From positions 88,784,001 to 88,848,000 of the forward strand of contig NC_043002.1 of the NCBI RefSeq assembly GCF_006345805.1: a stretch of 64,000 nt of DNA, read 5' to 3'. A program made the position numbers and the translations under genes. Origin of the DNA: Octopus sinensis. Lineage: Eukaryota. Under the pieces are notes generated by a model. It did no database searches, was not told the origin of the DNA, and was given only the letters and a program-made list of their open reading frames with translations. Below, in pieces: positions 10,049 through 23,013 of the stretch; position 1 is the first letter of the stretch; each line of letters starts with the position of its first letter.

Positions 10049-13000
10049 CTAGTCCTGCCGGGTCCTCTCATGCACAGCACACTTCCATAGGACTCGGTCT
10101 TCAGTCATTTCCTTGGTGAGACCTAAAGTTCGAAGGTCGTGCTTCACCACCTCGTCCCAGGTTTTCCTGGGTCTACCTCTTCCACAGGTTCCCTCAACTG
10201 CTAGGAAGTAGCACTTTTGCACACAACTATCTTCAGCCATTCTCGTCACATGACCATACCAGCGCAGCCGTCTCTCTTGCACACCACAACTGACACTTCT
10301 TAGGTTCAACTTTTCTTTCAAAGTACTTACACTCTGACGATTATGAACACTGACATTACACATCCATCGGAGCATACTGGCTTCATTTCTTGCAAGCTTA
10401 CGCATATCCTCAGCTGTCACGGCCCATGTTTCACTACCATGTAGCATGGCTGTACGTACACACGCATCATATAGTCTGCCTTTTACTCTTAGTGAGAGCC
10501 TTTTGTCACCAGCAGGGGTAAGAGCTCTCTAAACTTTGCCCAGCTATTCTTACTCTAGCAGTTACACTTTCATCAGCACACCCACCCCCGCTACTGACTT
10601 GGTCTCCTAGGTAGCGGAAGCTATCAACTACTTCTAGTTTGTCTCCCTGGAACGTGGTAGAAGTTGGTCTCTGCACATTTCCAGTGTTTATTTCTCCTGA
10701 GCATCTTCCACAGACAAAAACTATTTTCTTAGTTAGCCTTCCTTTGACATTGCTGCACCTCTTATGTGTCCATAGCTTACACTTGGTGCACCTATAGAGT
10801 TTCTACCTACACCTTTTTTACAGATCGAGCAGGGCCATCTACCTGAAGTCGTTTGTGGTTGGTCCACCTTCCTACTTATTAGGACTTTGGTTTTGGCTAG
10901 GTTGATTCTAAGGCCCTTCGATTCTAATCCTTGTTTCCACACCTGAAACTTCTCCTCCATTTCTGATAGTGACTCAGCAATTAGAGCAAGGTCATCAGCA
11001 TATAGGAGCTCCCAGGGGCATCCTGTCTTAAATTCTTCCGTTATTGCCTGGAGGACTATGATAAATAGGAGGGGGCTGAGGACTGAACCTTGGTGGACCC
11101 CAACCTCTACCCGGAATTCTTCACTGTACTCGTTGCCAACCCTCACCTTACTAGCTGCGTCTCTGTACATGGCTCGCACAGCTCTCACTAACCATTCATC
11201 TATCCCTAGTTTCCTCATTGACCACCAGATAAGGGATCGGGGGACCCTGTCAAAGGCTTTCTCTAAGTCAACAAAAGCCAGGTACAAGGGCTTACCTTTG
11301 GCTAGGTATTCCTCCTGCAGCTGTCTTACCAGGAATATAGCATCAGTAGTACTTTTCCCTGGCACGAACCCAAACTGCATATCTTCTAAGCTAACTCTCT
11401 CTCTAATTAACTGGGCTATAACCCTCTCTGTAACCTTCATTACCTGATCCAACAGCTTGATGCCCCTGTAGTTATTTGTATCTAGGGCATCGCCTTTACC
11501 TTTGTAGCAGTTGACTATTATGCTGCTACACCAGTCATTGGGTATGACTCCTTCGTGTATCACCTGGTTAACTATACGGGTGACTATGCTATAGCCGACA
11601 CTACCAGATATTTTGAGCATCTCTGCAGTAATTCCTGATGGGCCTGGGGCTTTCCCTGTCTTCATGCTTCTAATTGCCTTAGCTACCACGGAACTATCAA
11701 CTCGGATAGCTGGTCCCTCTGTTGGGTCAACATTCGGCAGACTCTCTTTATCCCATTCATTTTCCTCATTCAGCAACCTTTCATAGTGGCGTCTCCAAGC
11801 TTCTCTCTTTGCATCCTCATTTAGCGCAAGTGAACCATCCTCCATGCGAACACATTTCTCTCCTACCACATCTCGATTCTCTCTCACACACTGTCTTGCA
11901 ACACGAAATACCTCAAGTCTTTCATCCTCACGGCGCAGGACATTGGCAAATTTTTTTATCTGCTTCCCCTCTGGCTAGATAGACCTGTCTCCTAGCTTCC
12001 CTTCTGGCAGTCTGAAACACTTCCCTGCTACCACCGTTCTTCCAGGCCTTCCAAGCCTGTTTCTTTTGTCTAATAGCCCTATCAACAATATTGTTCCACC
12101 ACCATGTTATTTGGGTCTTAAGGGGACTTTGCACCAGCCACAGATCTGGTCAGCGGCTTTCAGCAGGTTGTCCCTCAGAAACGTCCAGTTGTCTTCTACC
12201 CCATGTGTAGCTATACCCCCTTCCACTTCGTCAAGGCTTCAAGTAACATATCTCTAAATCTCTGTCCATTCGCAGGGTCTTTAAGCTTCCAGACCCTTCT
12301 TCTCCATGTTGGTCGTCTTCTAGTCGCCCTCTTAGTCCTGATCCTAAAGTCACTAACTACCAGTCTATGTTGTGGGGTGCATTCTTCGCCTGGGAAGGTT
12401 TTGGCATTTATAAGCAGCCATCTTCCCTTTTTCTGGCGAGGATGTAGTCGATTTGGCTAGTATGCCGGCCCGATCGGTAGGTGACCAGGTGGCTTGTTGG
12501 TTTCCTGAAGTTAGTGTTGCAGATCATAAGACTATTCGCATCGCAGAACTCCAGCAGCCTGGTTCCCTCCTCGTTGCGGGAACCATAACCGTAGCCTCCA
12601 TGCACGCCATGGAAGCCCCCAGCATGTCGTCCAACATGCCCATTGAAATCACCAGCCACAAAGAGAAGGTCCCTGTCGTTCGTCAATGAGGTGGTCTGCA
12701 GTAGGGTGTCATAGAAACTGTCTTTCTGTCCATCGGGTAGCCCTGGCTGAGTGGCATAGGCCGATATAATGGTTGCTAATCTATTATGAAGCACTATTCT
12801 AATCTTAAGTATTCTGTCACTTACTCTGATTACCTCAATTACTCTATCTATCCATTTCTCAGCGATAAGTATACCCACGCCACCAACCCCGTCAGTGTCC
12901 CTGCCCAGAAAATCTTGTACCTGTGTTCCTTGCCTGTGAGGAACCTAGCAGATCCTCCTCTCCACCTTATTTCTTGCATACAACATACGTCAACACGTCT

Positions 13001-13168
13001 CCATTCAAGCATCTCGACTATCTCGCCAGACCTACCTTTCAGTGTGCCAGCGTTGAGGGTGCCCACCCTGAGGGGGTGGAAGGTATTGACCCGAGAGGCT
13101 CAGGGACGGGGAGCAGTGCCGTCATGTACCTGAAAAGAAGAAGAAAACTCGCATTTGGCAGAATTCAT
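10049..13168 (-). pseudogene. RTE ORF2: APE endonuclease, reverse transcriptase and Cys-rich insert; several frameshifts and stops
   Basis: GTLNAGTL...VCCMQEIRWRG, AGDFNGHVG, SQIDYIL (APE); KAPGPSG, QFGFVPG, AFVDLEKAFD, GVHQGSVLSPLLF, LLYADD at ~10991-11008; CSICKKGVG; LRWYGHV; GRGRPRKTW; stop at 10049. Confidence 0.95.
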
Positions 13169-13356
13169 AAGCAAAGCAATGAACTTAAGTTCAACCTGTT
13201 ACACTGCACTAACATGTTTTTGCGCCGTATGGTCACCACCATATATAGAAGGGGTGGTATTGGTTTAAGGCCTTTAGGTGTTCATGGAAGAAAAGCAAAG
13301 GAAGGCAAGGTGAGATAAGGACTTCCGGTACTGGTGGTGGGGACGGGCGCACTGCA

Positions 13357-14172
13357 CACTGGGAGAAGACGAGATTTAGGCGGCAGTAAGAAAGGCAGTA
13401 AGTAAGAAGGCAAGATTTGAGATGGAAAGGTTTGCGGTCGTGTGCATAAGTTTCTATGAGTGGAAGTTGGAAAGATGGGTTAGAGAATTAAGCGCGACAG
13501 AAAGACCAGATTTGAGACGAGATGTTTTTTTTTGCGGTCGTGTGAATAAGTTTTTGTGAGCGAAAGTTTATATGCTTCAGCTAGCATTTGAGACGAAGGA
13601 TAACGATAATATATGGGGGACACAATAATAAGGCTTGATGGTGATAATAATACTTGCAAAAACAATGAAAGAGGGACAGGTCGTGAACTTAAATATGACT
13701 TAGCTGATATTATTCATCATCCTGCGGTTCGTAGTTCGTGTGTTATAGCCAGGACGAAAGCAATAATAAGGGCGGTCAAGCCTCGTGCGTAGGGTTTTAT
13801 TGGGGAGGGGGTGCGGAGGTGTGGGTAGAAGCCTGTGGCAGCGAGTGAAAGTGAAATATATAGAGAGAGAGGGAGAGAGAGAGAGAGAGAGAGACAGCGA
13901 TAACAGAGGGAGAAAACGACACCGCAGAGAAAGAGAGAGAGAGAGAGAGAGAGAGGGAGGGAGAGAGACATGGTGATAACAGAGGGGCAAAAACGACACC
14001 GGGCACTGGGAGAAGACGAGATTTAGACGAAAGTAAGAAGGCAAGATTTGAGATGGAAAGGTTTGCGGTCGTGTGCATAAGTTTCTATGAGTGGAAGTTG
14101 GGAAAGATGGGTTAGAGAATTAAGCGACAGAAAGACCAGATTTGAGACGAGATGTTTTTTTTTTTTTTTTTT
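13357..14172 (-). repeat. Two ~170-bp direct repeats upstream of the RTE ORF
   Basis: cactgggagaagacgagatttag...gaccagatttgagacgagatg(t)n at 13357-13533 and 14004-14172, separated by a segment containing (GA)n. Confidence 0.85.
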
Positions 14173-14387
14173 ATATATATATATTATATATACATATATA
14201 TATACATACATATATATATATATATTCATACATGTATATATATATGTATATATGTATATGACTACACAGCCACAGCAGGAAATGTATCAGGACATGAAAT
14301 ATAAAAGCCGGACTAGACTACTTGTGCGCAACTCCATTGTCTCCCGAGACAGAAAGGATGCCAACCAACAATATATATATATATATA

Positions 14388-14798
14388 TAGAAACACTGCC
14401 AGATCAGACTGGAGCCTGGTGCAGCCCCTGGCTTCCCAGACCCCAGTCGAACCGTCCAACCCGTGCTAGCGTGGAAAATGGACACTAAACAATGATGATG
14501 ATGATGATGATGATACGGTGGCATGTGAGAAAACATTCAAGCGAGGTCGTTGCCAGTGCCACTCGACTGGCTCCTGTGCAAGTGGCATGTAAAAAACACC
14601 ATTTGAGTGTGGCCGTTACCAGTACTGCCTCACTGGCCCTCAGAGTGGTTGCCATTAGGAAGGGCATCCAGCTGTAGAAATTCTGCCAGAAGAGATTGGA
14701 GCCTGTGCAGACATCTGGCTCACCAGTCCACAGTCAAATTGCCCAACCCATGCTAGCATGGAAAGCGGATGTTAAACGATGATGATGATGATGGTGAT
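14388..14798 (+). mobile_element. Two tandem truncated GAT-tailed RTE 3' modules
   Basis: 14388-14514 and 14516-14798 both end catg/cgtgctagc.tggaaa..gga..taaac(a)atgatgatg. Confidence 0.8.
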
Positions 14799-15040
14799 AC
14801 ATAAACATGCATATATGCACACACATGCACACACGCACGCACACACACACACACACACTCACACAATCATAGATGCAAAGTAACTATAACTGAAGTTTCC
14901 TCAACAATCCCTTACTTGCTGGTATATAAATATACAAATTAGTACACATAATTATGTATGTATCTGTAAGTGTGTGTCTGTGTTTGTGTCTTTTGATGTA
15001 TGTATGTGTGTGTACACACACACATATGTATATATATATA

Positions 15041-15240
15041 AAATTAGAAAAAAAATACCTTAGCCACGAAACACGTGTCGTTATTCTACCAATTACATAC
15101 GTTTTTATAATTTATTTTGCAATTTACTCAATCATTGATATTTTATTGTTATTATAATTTTAATATTTCTATTATATGTAATTTTCTAGATGGTGTGATT
15201 TAATTGTTCGTTTTGAATTGATAAAAGGTGTTTTTTTTCA

Positions 15241-15245
<5 letters not shown>
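15041..15245. mobile_element. Small element with ~21-bp inverted ends and a hammerhead 3'-half motif (possible Penelope pLTR remnant)
   Basis: aaattagaaaaaaaatacctt / aaggtgttttttttcaaattt; cGAAAcacgtgTC at 15067-15079; (TA)n on both sides. Confidence 0.4.
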
Positions 15246-15286
<41 letters not shown>

Positions 15287-15665
15287 CTGTGTGTGTATGT
15301 ACATATGTATATGTATATTTATATATAGTTGGGGAATATTCTATTAAGAACATAGTAGAGTACAGTATAAAGCTCATCAACATTCAGATCTACCTTGTGC
15401 TATCTACTAGTAATATTATACATACTTCCAAGTTTGCATTTGGGCATCTGTCATATGTGAATAGATAATTGAAAAAGTTGGAGTCAACAAGAAGGGGTAC
15501 AATTGGATATTTATTTTTCAATCACTACAATTGTTTCCACACAACATAGTTCTCCAGGCATGCAGGTAATTGAATAAGCAACTGTTTCCCTGCATTATGA
15601 GATCTAGTTACTTCAAAGGAGATTATTATGTCCCTTACTTCTCACCTCACCCACTATTTCACATA

Positions 15666-15999
15666 GGCGCAGGAGTGGCTGTGTGGTAAGTAGCTTGCTT
15701 ACCAACCACATGGTTCTGGGCTCATTCCCACTGCGTGGCACTTTGGGCAAGTGTCTTTTACTATAGCTTCAGGCTGACCAAAGCCCGTGAGTGGATTTGG
15801 TAGATGGAAACTGAAAAAGGTCCATCGTATATATGTATATATATATGTGTGTATATGTTTGTTTGTCTGTGTTTACATCCCCGTAACTTAGCGGTTCGGC
15901 AAAAGAAACCGATAGAATAAGTACTAGGCTCGACTAAAGGCGGTGCTCCAGCATGGCCACAGTCAAATGACTGAAAAAAGTAAAAGAGTAAAAGAGTAA
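15666..15999 (+). mobile_element. SINE family B (tRNA-like head, CORE-like segment, internal microsatellite)
   Basis: ggcgcaggagtggctgtgtggtaag (A-box-like)...gtggcactttgggcaagtgtc...gtcaaatgactgaaaaaagtaaaagag. Confidence 0.9.
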
Positions 16000-16255
16000 A
16001 CTGTAAAAGTGAGATCTGATCTTTCCCACATGGAAAGAGATATATACTTGGATATTAGCAGATTGGCCCCAAAAATGTAAATGTTAGGGCTTCTACCATC
16101 GGTATTTCCTATCACAGCAGTCTGAAGTTTCAACACAAGGTTTTCCCCATTAGCTCACTTCATGCAAACACACATACGCTCACCCATAAATGTCCACACA
16201 TGCTTTTAAGATTGACGACCTCCCCCATCCCTGTTTTCCACTCCCTGCACACATA

Positions 16256-16485
16256 TCTATTTCTTTACTGCCCACAAGGGGCTAAACACAGAGGGGACAA
16301 ACAAGGATAAACAAATGGATTAAGTCGATTACATTGATCCCAGTGTGTAACTGGTACTTATTTAATTGACCCTGAAAGAATGAAAGGCAAAGTCGACCTC
16401 GGCGGAATTTGAACTCAGAACGTAGCGACACATGAAATACTGCTAAGCGTTTCACTCGGCATGCTAATGATTCTGCCAGCTCACC
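16256..16485 (-). mobile_element. SINE family C
   Basis: reverse complement of ggtgagctggcagaatc...gttctgagttcaaattccgccgaggtcgactttgcctttcat...ttagccccttgtgggcagtaaagaaata. Confidence 0.9.
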
Positions 16486-16927
16486 TGCACACATATCTAC
16501 CATACCCAACCTCATCATTACTCTGTCAATACTTTTTACAACATGGAGGCACTGCTGATCCTCATCTAAAGGGCATAACTCTACCAGGATTTCCTCTGAA
16601 CTTCTCCCAGACATTCTCCATTGCCGTTTTCCGCAACACTCACAACTGACTGTGACACTTTGTGACCACTTGTAGTGTACAGCTGTCACCATACTGTTCA
16701 CTAACAATCCTTCTGACAAGTGTGGGAGTGGGAGAGTTTCATATTTGAAACTGATTGGTAAACTTGGCTGAAAGAGTTATTGTATATATATTAAAATACT
16801 TTCTCTGTTGACCAATATACAAGTGTCATTTTATCTGACTCCCGGATTCTTAGATGACTATTTATACATGTACATATACATACATACATACGTACATATA
16901 AATATACATATATATATAAACATATAC

Positions 16928-17690
<763 letters not shown>

Positions 17691-17897
17691 TATATAAGAC
17701 ACAGTATAATTAATGGTCATTACATATTTTTCCTTTATTAGAGTAGATTTGGCTTACAGCTAATTAGCCGTTAGGCCATTAAATACATTGCCATGTAGTA
17801 ACTGTACCAATTCTCTGCTTTCAGAGCTCAAATCCCTTTGCTTTTCAACATTTTAGGATCAGTAAATAAATACCAATCTTGTACTAGTATCAATTCT

Positions 17898-17953
<56 letters not shown>

Positions 17954-18620
17954 GCAACACTCTCACATACAAACACTCTCTCTCTTTCTCTCTCTCTCAC
18001 ACACACACACTCTCTCTCTCTCTCTCATTCTCTCTTTCTCTCCGGAAGAAGTGAAATCAGCCATGGGCTGACTTCAGACCTAGAGAAGGCTGAGTCTGCC
18101 AAGTATAAATATACCCAAGATACACCATATATGACAGGGACCCAAATATTCCATCAAGAAATCAAGAGCAAATCAAGACACATCCCGATCCATAGAAAGA
18201 GAACTTACATAATTTATTTAAATGTCCGAAATTACATTAACCACTCAAGCCAAAACTGGTGTCCTTCCACTTTTAAGAATAATTAACTCCAACAAATGCA
18301 TGAACTTTTACTTCTTAGGTTATCTCTACCCATGTTATCATAAGTGGATATGGTTACCTTGTTTAGTGCATTGATAGTTTTTGGTCAATTCATATAGACT
18401 ACTGACTACAGATGACCTCCACTAAAAAGGGTCAAGAGGTATCAGACTTGAAAACTTAAGTGGTCTCATCTCCTGCTGTACCATCATAGAAAAGTGCCAT
18501 CTCACATTGATAGCAAAATGTTATGTGGATCAACATTTAATGTTGTTCAGATAATGAAATACCATTTAATCTAAGAGATAAGAAGGGAATGTGATGTTAT
18601 ATTATTCTAAACAAATATAA

Positions 18621-18993
18621 GCACAGGAGTGGCTGTGTGGTAAGTAGCTTGCTTACCAACCACATGGTTCCGGGTTCAGTCCCACTGTGTGGCACCTTGG
18701 GCAAGTGTCTTCTACTATAGCCTCGGGCCGACCAAAGCCTTGTGAGTGGATTTGGTAGACAGAAACTGAAAGAAGCTCATCATATATATGTATGTATGTC
18801 TATGTGTGTCTGTGTTTGTCCCCCCAACATCGCTTGACAACCAATGCTGGTGTGTTTACATCCCCGTAACTTAGCGTTTCAGCAAAAGAGACCGATAGAA
18901 TAAGTACAAAGAATAAGTCCTGGGGGGCGATTTCCTCGCCTAAAGGCGGTGCTCCAGCATGGCCGCAGTCAAATGACTGAAACAAGTAAAAGA
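18621..18993 (+). mobile_element. SINE family B
   Basis: gcacaggagtggctgtgtgg...ggttcagtccc...aaatgactgaaacaagtaaaaga. Confidence 0.9.
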
Positions 18994-19211
18994 GGAAATT
19001 ATGGACCTATAAATTATCTATTAATTCTTTCATCGAGTATCTGTACCCAAACTATAGTTTAATGTACTAAAATCATTTGAGCAAGGAAAGCTTCATAAAA
19101 TTTTGAGTATTAGCCATTTTTTTATAAGACAGACAATAAAGAAGTTGAAGAAAAGAAGAAATGAAGCTGTCCATATGTTATTTTAAATTAAGTACCTCAA
19201 AGTACCTTGGA

Positions 19212-19786
19212 TTGCAGAACGACCTGCTGTGCTTACCTTGGTTCGTAGAGTGACCTGCTGTGCTTGAGGAGACCTATTGAGTCAAGTACATCAATATCAA
19301 AATAAATATCAAATGGAATTGTAGTTACGACACCTGTGCCGGCAGCATGTAAAAAGCACCATCCGAACGTGGCCGATGCCTCTGTGCCGGTGGTACATGA
19401 CATGCAGTGCTTGAGGAGACCTATTGAGTCAAGTACATAAATATCGAAATAAATATCAAATGGAAATAGTAGTTGTGATACCTGTGCCGGTGGCACGTAA
19501 AAAGCACCATCCAAACATGGTCGATGCCAGTGCCGCCTTGACTGGCTTCTGTGTCGGTGGCATGTAAAAAGCACCAACTGATCATGGCCACTGCCAGCCT
19601 CCCCTGGCACCTGTGCTGGTGGCATATAAAAAGCACCCACTACACTCACGGAGTGGTTGGCGTTAGGAAGGGCATCCAGCTGTAGACACACTGCCAGATC
19701 AGACTGGAGACTGGTGCAGCCCCCTGGCTTCCCAGACCCCGGTCAAACCGTCCAACATGTGCTAGCATGGGAAACGGACGTTAAAC

Positions 19787-19841
<55 letters not shown>
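19212..19841 (+). mobile_element. GAT-tailed RTE 3' module with internal tandem duplication
   Basis: gtgcttgaggagacctattgagtcaagtacat at ~19260 and ~19408; ggagtggttggcgttaggaagggcatcc; long (GAT)n. Confidence 0.8.
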
Positions 19842-19843
<2 letters not shown>

Positions 19844-20152
19844 AACGTCATGACTTCCAACGTAATTTTAGCTTTAGCTGCATGTCCTCCTGCATTGCTC
19901 AGCATATTGAACAGAAAGCTTCCTGCCCCAGGTTCAGTCAGCTGCTACTTTTGCACATCCATCAAATGTAGTGCTGACTGCCTTCTACAGGTCATCTTAA
20001 AGTGTCTGACATCAAATGATCTTCAACCTGGCCCTTTTACACCTGCCGACATGATATACAAGCCATGGCCGTTTTCAAGTGCCATATTAGCCATATGTAT
20101 TAGTAGATAATCATAATAGCACTGTTACAGCTTAAACATGTGTGTATTCATC

Positions 20153-20497
20153 TATAAAAGAGTAAAGACCCCCTTCAGTCATGAATACCCATGGGATTGC
20201 ACCTTGAAAGTTCCCTCCAAGTCACAAGTCCAGGCAAGGTTGTTTATAGAAGACCAGCAGTCACCCATGCATACCAGGCTCCCTTCTCCATGCCACCAAT
20301 GTTATCCAAGGGAAAGGCAAAAGCCAATACAGCATGGCACCAGTGACGTCCCGACTCATTTCTACAGCTGAGTGAACTGGAGCAACATGAAATAAAGTGT
20401 CTTGCTCAAGAACACAACACACAGCCCGGTCCAGGAATCGAACTTACTACCTCATGATCGTGAGCCCAATGCTCTAACCACTGAGCCATGTGCCTTC
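20153..20497 (-). mobile_element. SINE family D (tRNA-like head)
   Basis: minus strand ggcacatggctcagtggttagagc (A box)...agttcgattcc (B box)...ttgagcaagacactt...ggtgcaatcccatgggtattcatgactgaagggggtcttt. Confidence 0.85.
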
Positions 20498-20498
20498 A

Positions 20499-20677
20499 TG
20501 TATTGGCCTTTGCTTCCCCCTGGATAACATCCATGGCATGCAGAGGAGAGGCTGGTATGCAAGGGTGACTGCTGGTCTCCTATAAACAACCTTGCCCAGT
20601 CTTGTGCCTTGGAGGGTAACTTTCTGGGTGCAATCCCATGATCATTCATGATTGAACGGGGTCTTTACCCTTTTATA
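20499..20677 (+). mobile_element. 3' half of SINE family D, inverted relative to the adjacent copy
   Basis: reverse complement of 20153-20331 with mismatches. Confidence 0.85.
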
Positions 20678-21456
20678 TATAACATAATGATATACATCAT
20701 TGGCAAATCTATACGCCTAGATGGCATCTCAGCTACTAACCTTAAACAATAACAACTACTATTGATGTATTATGATATACTGTGTCCAGAATTATCATTT
20801 AGTTGAAAGAAAATTTTTTTAATTTCTACATGTATCTAGTCAGAAAAATAGAAACTTGGAAAATAATTTTACTTCAAAGGGGATCGTTATGTCCCTTACT
20901 AACTACTTGCTAATTACTCTACCTCCAAAACAGTTAATGATCAGCTCCAAGAAGTAAGGCATGTGGCCTAATAAGTTAGGATGTTCAACTCAAGATCATG
21001 AGATCATGGGTTCAATTTTTGGACTAGGCAAGGCTTGACCCCCTTAATCCTAGACGCTTTGCTGCTCACCTTCCTCATCATCATCGTTGTCATTGTCGTC
21101 ATTGTCATCATCACCATCATAATCATTATTTTATGTCCACTTTGGACAGATTATCATAATCTAAATCAGTTCTTGTTTAAGGTTACTGCCCTTCCAGGTG
21201 TAACCAGGAACCATGTCCTTCATATCCACTTTCATTTAGCATGGTTCCTACAGCTGGATCCCCTTCCTAGCATCAAACCCTTTATAGTTTATAGTGAGTG
21301 CATTCTTGTTGTGGCACCAACACTAGAGAGGTTGTTATGTACTAGACAAGACCTGACTAAAGTGTCCTCCTGAATCCTATGATGCTTCTGCATTTCCAGC
21401 AACCACTTTAGGCAATACTGGGAGCACTTTAGTACTATAGAGTTAGTCGCATTCTA

Positions 21457-21627
21457 GGCACAGGAGTGGCTGTGTGGTAAGAAGCTTGCTTTCCAGCCAC
21501 ATAGTCCTGGGTTCAATCCCACTGCTTGGCACCTTGGGCAAGTGTCTTCTACTATAGCCTCAGGCCTACCAAAGCCTTGTGAGTGGATTTGGTAGATGGA
21601 AACTGAAAGAAGGCCATCGTATATATA

Positions 21628-21714
<87 letters not shown>

Positions 21715-21929
21715 GTATGTATATGTATATGTTTGTGTGTCTGTATTTGTTACCCCACCATCGCTTGACAATTGATGCTGGTGTGCTTATGTCCCCATAA
21801 CAGCGAAAGAGACCTATAGAATAAGTACTAGGCTTACAAAGAATATGTCCTGGGGTTGATTTGTTCAAATAAAGGCAGTGCATGGCTGCAATGAAATGAC
21901 TGAAACAAGTAAAAGAATAAAAGAATAAA
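21457..21929 (+). mobile_element. SINE family B with expanded internal (TA)n
   Basis: ggcacaggagtggctgtgtgg...tgaaacaagtaaaagaataaaag. Confidence 0.9.
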
Positions 21930-22138
21930 AAGGTCTGCTCACTCATAACTGATCTAGAAACTCAACAATAGCCAATAGCAAAGCTAGAGCTTACAGATGA
22001 GGGTGGGTATTGAGAAGTTCCTAGCTCTAAGAGTATTGCAAAAGGCCTGGTTGGAGGCCTAATCTTCCAAGTTCTTTTATAGGGCTTAGAAAAACTGAAG
22101 GACTGCTGCAATAAGAGTGTGAATCTGAGATGGGAATA

Positions 22139-22600
22139 TCTATTATATAAATCCGTTCTGTCTGTCTGTGTGTGTGTCTTCTAGGATCTCGGGCATCCTC
22201 CATCTGATTGCACTCAAATTTGATATGTAGATACCGACAGTATCAGGGTGTGTATAAGTCTTGAAAAAATTACAAAAATCGATTCCAGGTGAGAATGCGA
22301 TCAATAAAGCCATGGGAACGTGCATTTGTGCATGCAAGTACATCAGCTGTTGCGATGTATTTACTGGTGCTTTAAACTCTTCGGTTGCATATTTGTGTGA
22401 ATAAAATCGTTTTTCTTTGGAATAGAAAAAATGTCTATCTTTATTTCTTCTTTTGCTGGTGTCTCAAATTTAGGTTAAATCAGTGTTTCTCAAAGGGAAG
22501 GCCTATGGGTCGGTCAGACAAGTTGTTTTGAGAAAATTTGGTTTAAATGTTTGACAACTCAGCACCGTCCATTGGACGGTGGGGGGGGGCGTTTTGCTCG
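22139..22600 (+). mobile_element. Non-autonomous Helitron, unit 1
   Basis: A|TCTATTATATAAA 5' end; (GTCT)/(GT) microsatellite; caccgtcc-att-ggacggtg hairpin 22563-22581; CTCG|T end. Confidence 0.75.
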
Positions 22601-22659
22601 TTACCTATATAAACAGATTGGTTACTTATTTATCTGGGATTGGTCAAATGATGTGAATA

Positions 22660-23013
22660 TCTATTATATAAAATCTGTTCTGTCTGTGTGTGTATCTTCT
22701 AGGATCTTGGGCATCTTCCATCCGATTGCGCTCAAATTTGATATGTATAAGTCTTGAAAAAATTACAAAAATCGATTCCAGGGGTGAATGCGATCGATAA
22801 AGCCGTGGGAACTTGCATTTGTAAAATCGTTTTTCTTGGAATAGAAAAAAAGTCTATCTTTATTTCTTCTTTTGCTGGTGTCTCAAATTTAGGTTAAATC
22901 AGTGTTTCTCAAAGGGAAGGCCTATGGGATGGTTGGACAAGTTGTTTTGAGAAAATTTGGTTTAAATGTGTGACAACTCAGTACCATCCATTGGACAGGG
23001 GGTGTTTTGCTCG
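22660..23013 (+). mobile_element. Non-autonomous Helitron, unit 2 (internally deleted)
   Basis: direct repeat of unit 1; A|TCTATTATATAAA start, degenerate hairpin, CTCG|T end. Confidence 0.75.

Larger units (their letters stand above)
7474..14172 (-). mobile_element. Near full-length RTE-clade LINE (5' repeats, EN-RT ORF, amplified 3' region, (GAT)n tail)
   Basis: continuous EN-RT homology 13168 to 10049; 3' module and tail at 7474-7640; both ends abut (TA)n; the 5' boundary is inferred. Confidence 0.8.

Noticed and set aside
11058-11447. 129-aa plus-strand ORF (and similar antisense ORFs over RT and SINE regions)
   Set aside because: Typical antisense shadow of the RT frame.
13125-13150. 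Polypyrimidine tract + CAG acceptor just upstream of the RTE endonuclease (minus strand)
   Set aside because: The same bases translate in frame from an ATG at 13168 (MNSAKCEFSSSFQVHD...), so splicing is not needed to explain them.
15666-15740. tRNA genes at SINE heads (families B, C, D)
   Set aside because: A/B-box-like motifs only, with no full cloverleaf; each continues into a SINE body.
18045-18225. ~57-codon plus-strand open frame after a CT tract
   Set aside because: The pyrimidine tract is a microsatellite; no homology recognised.
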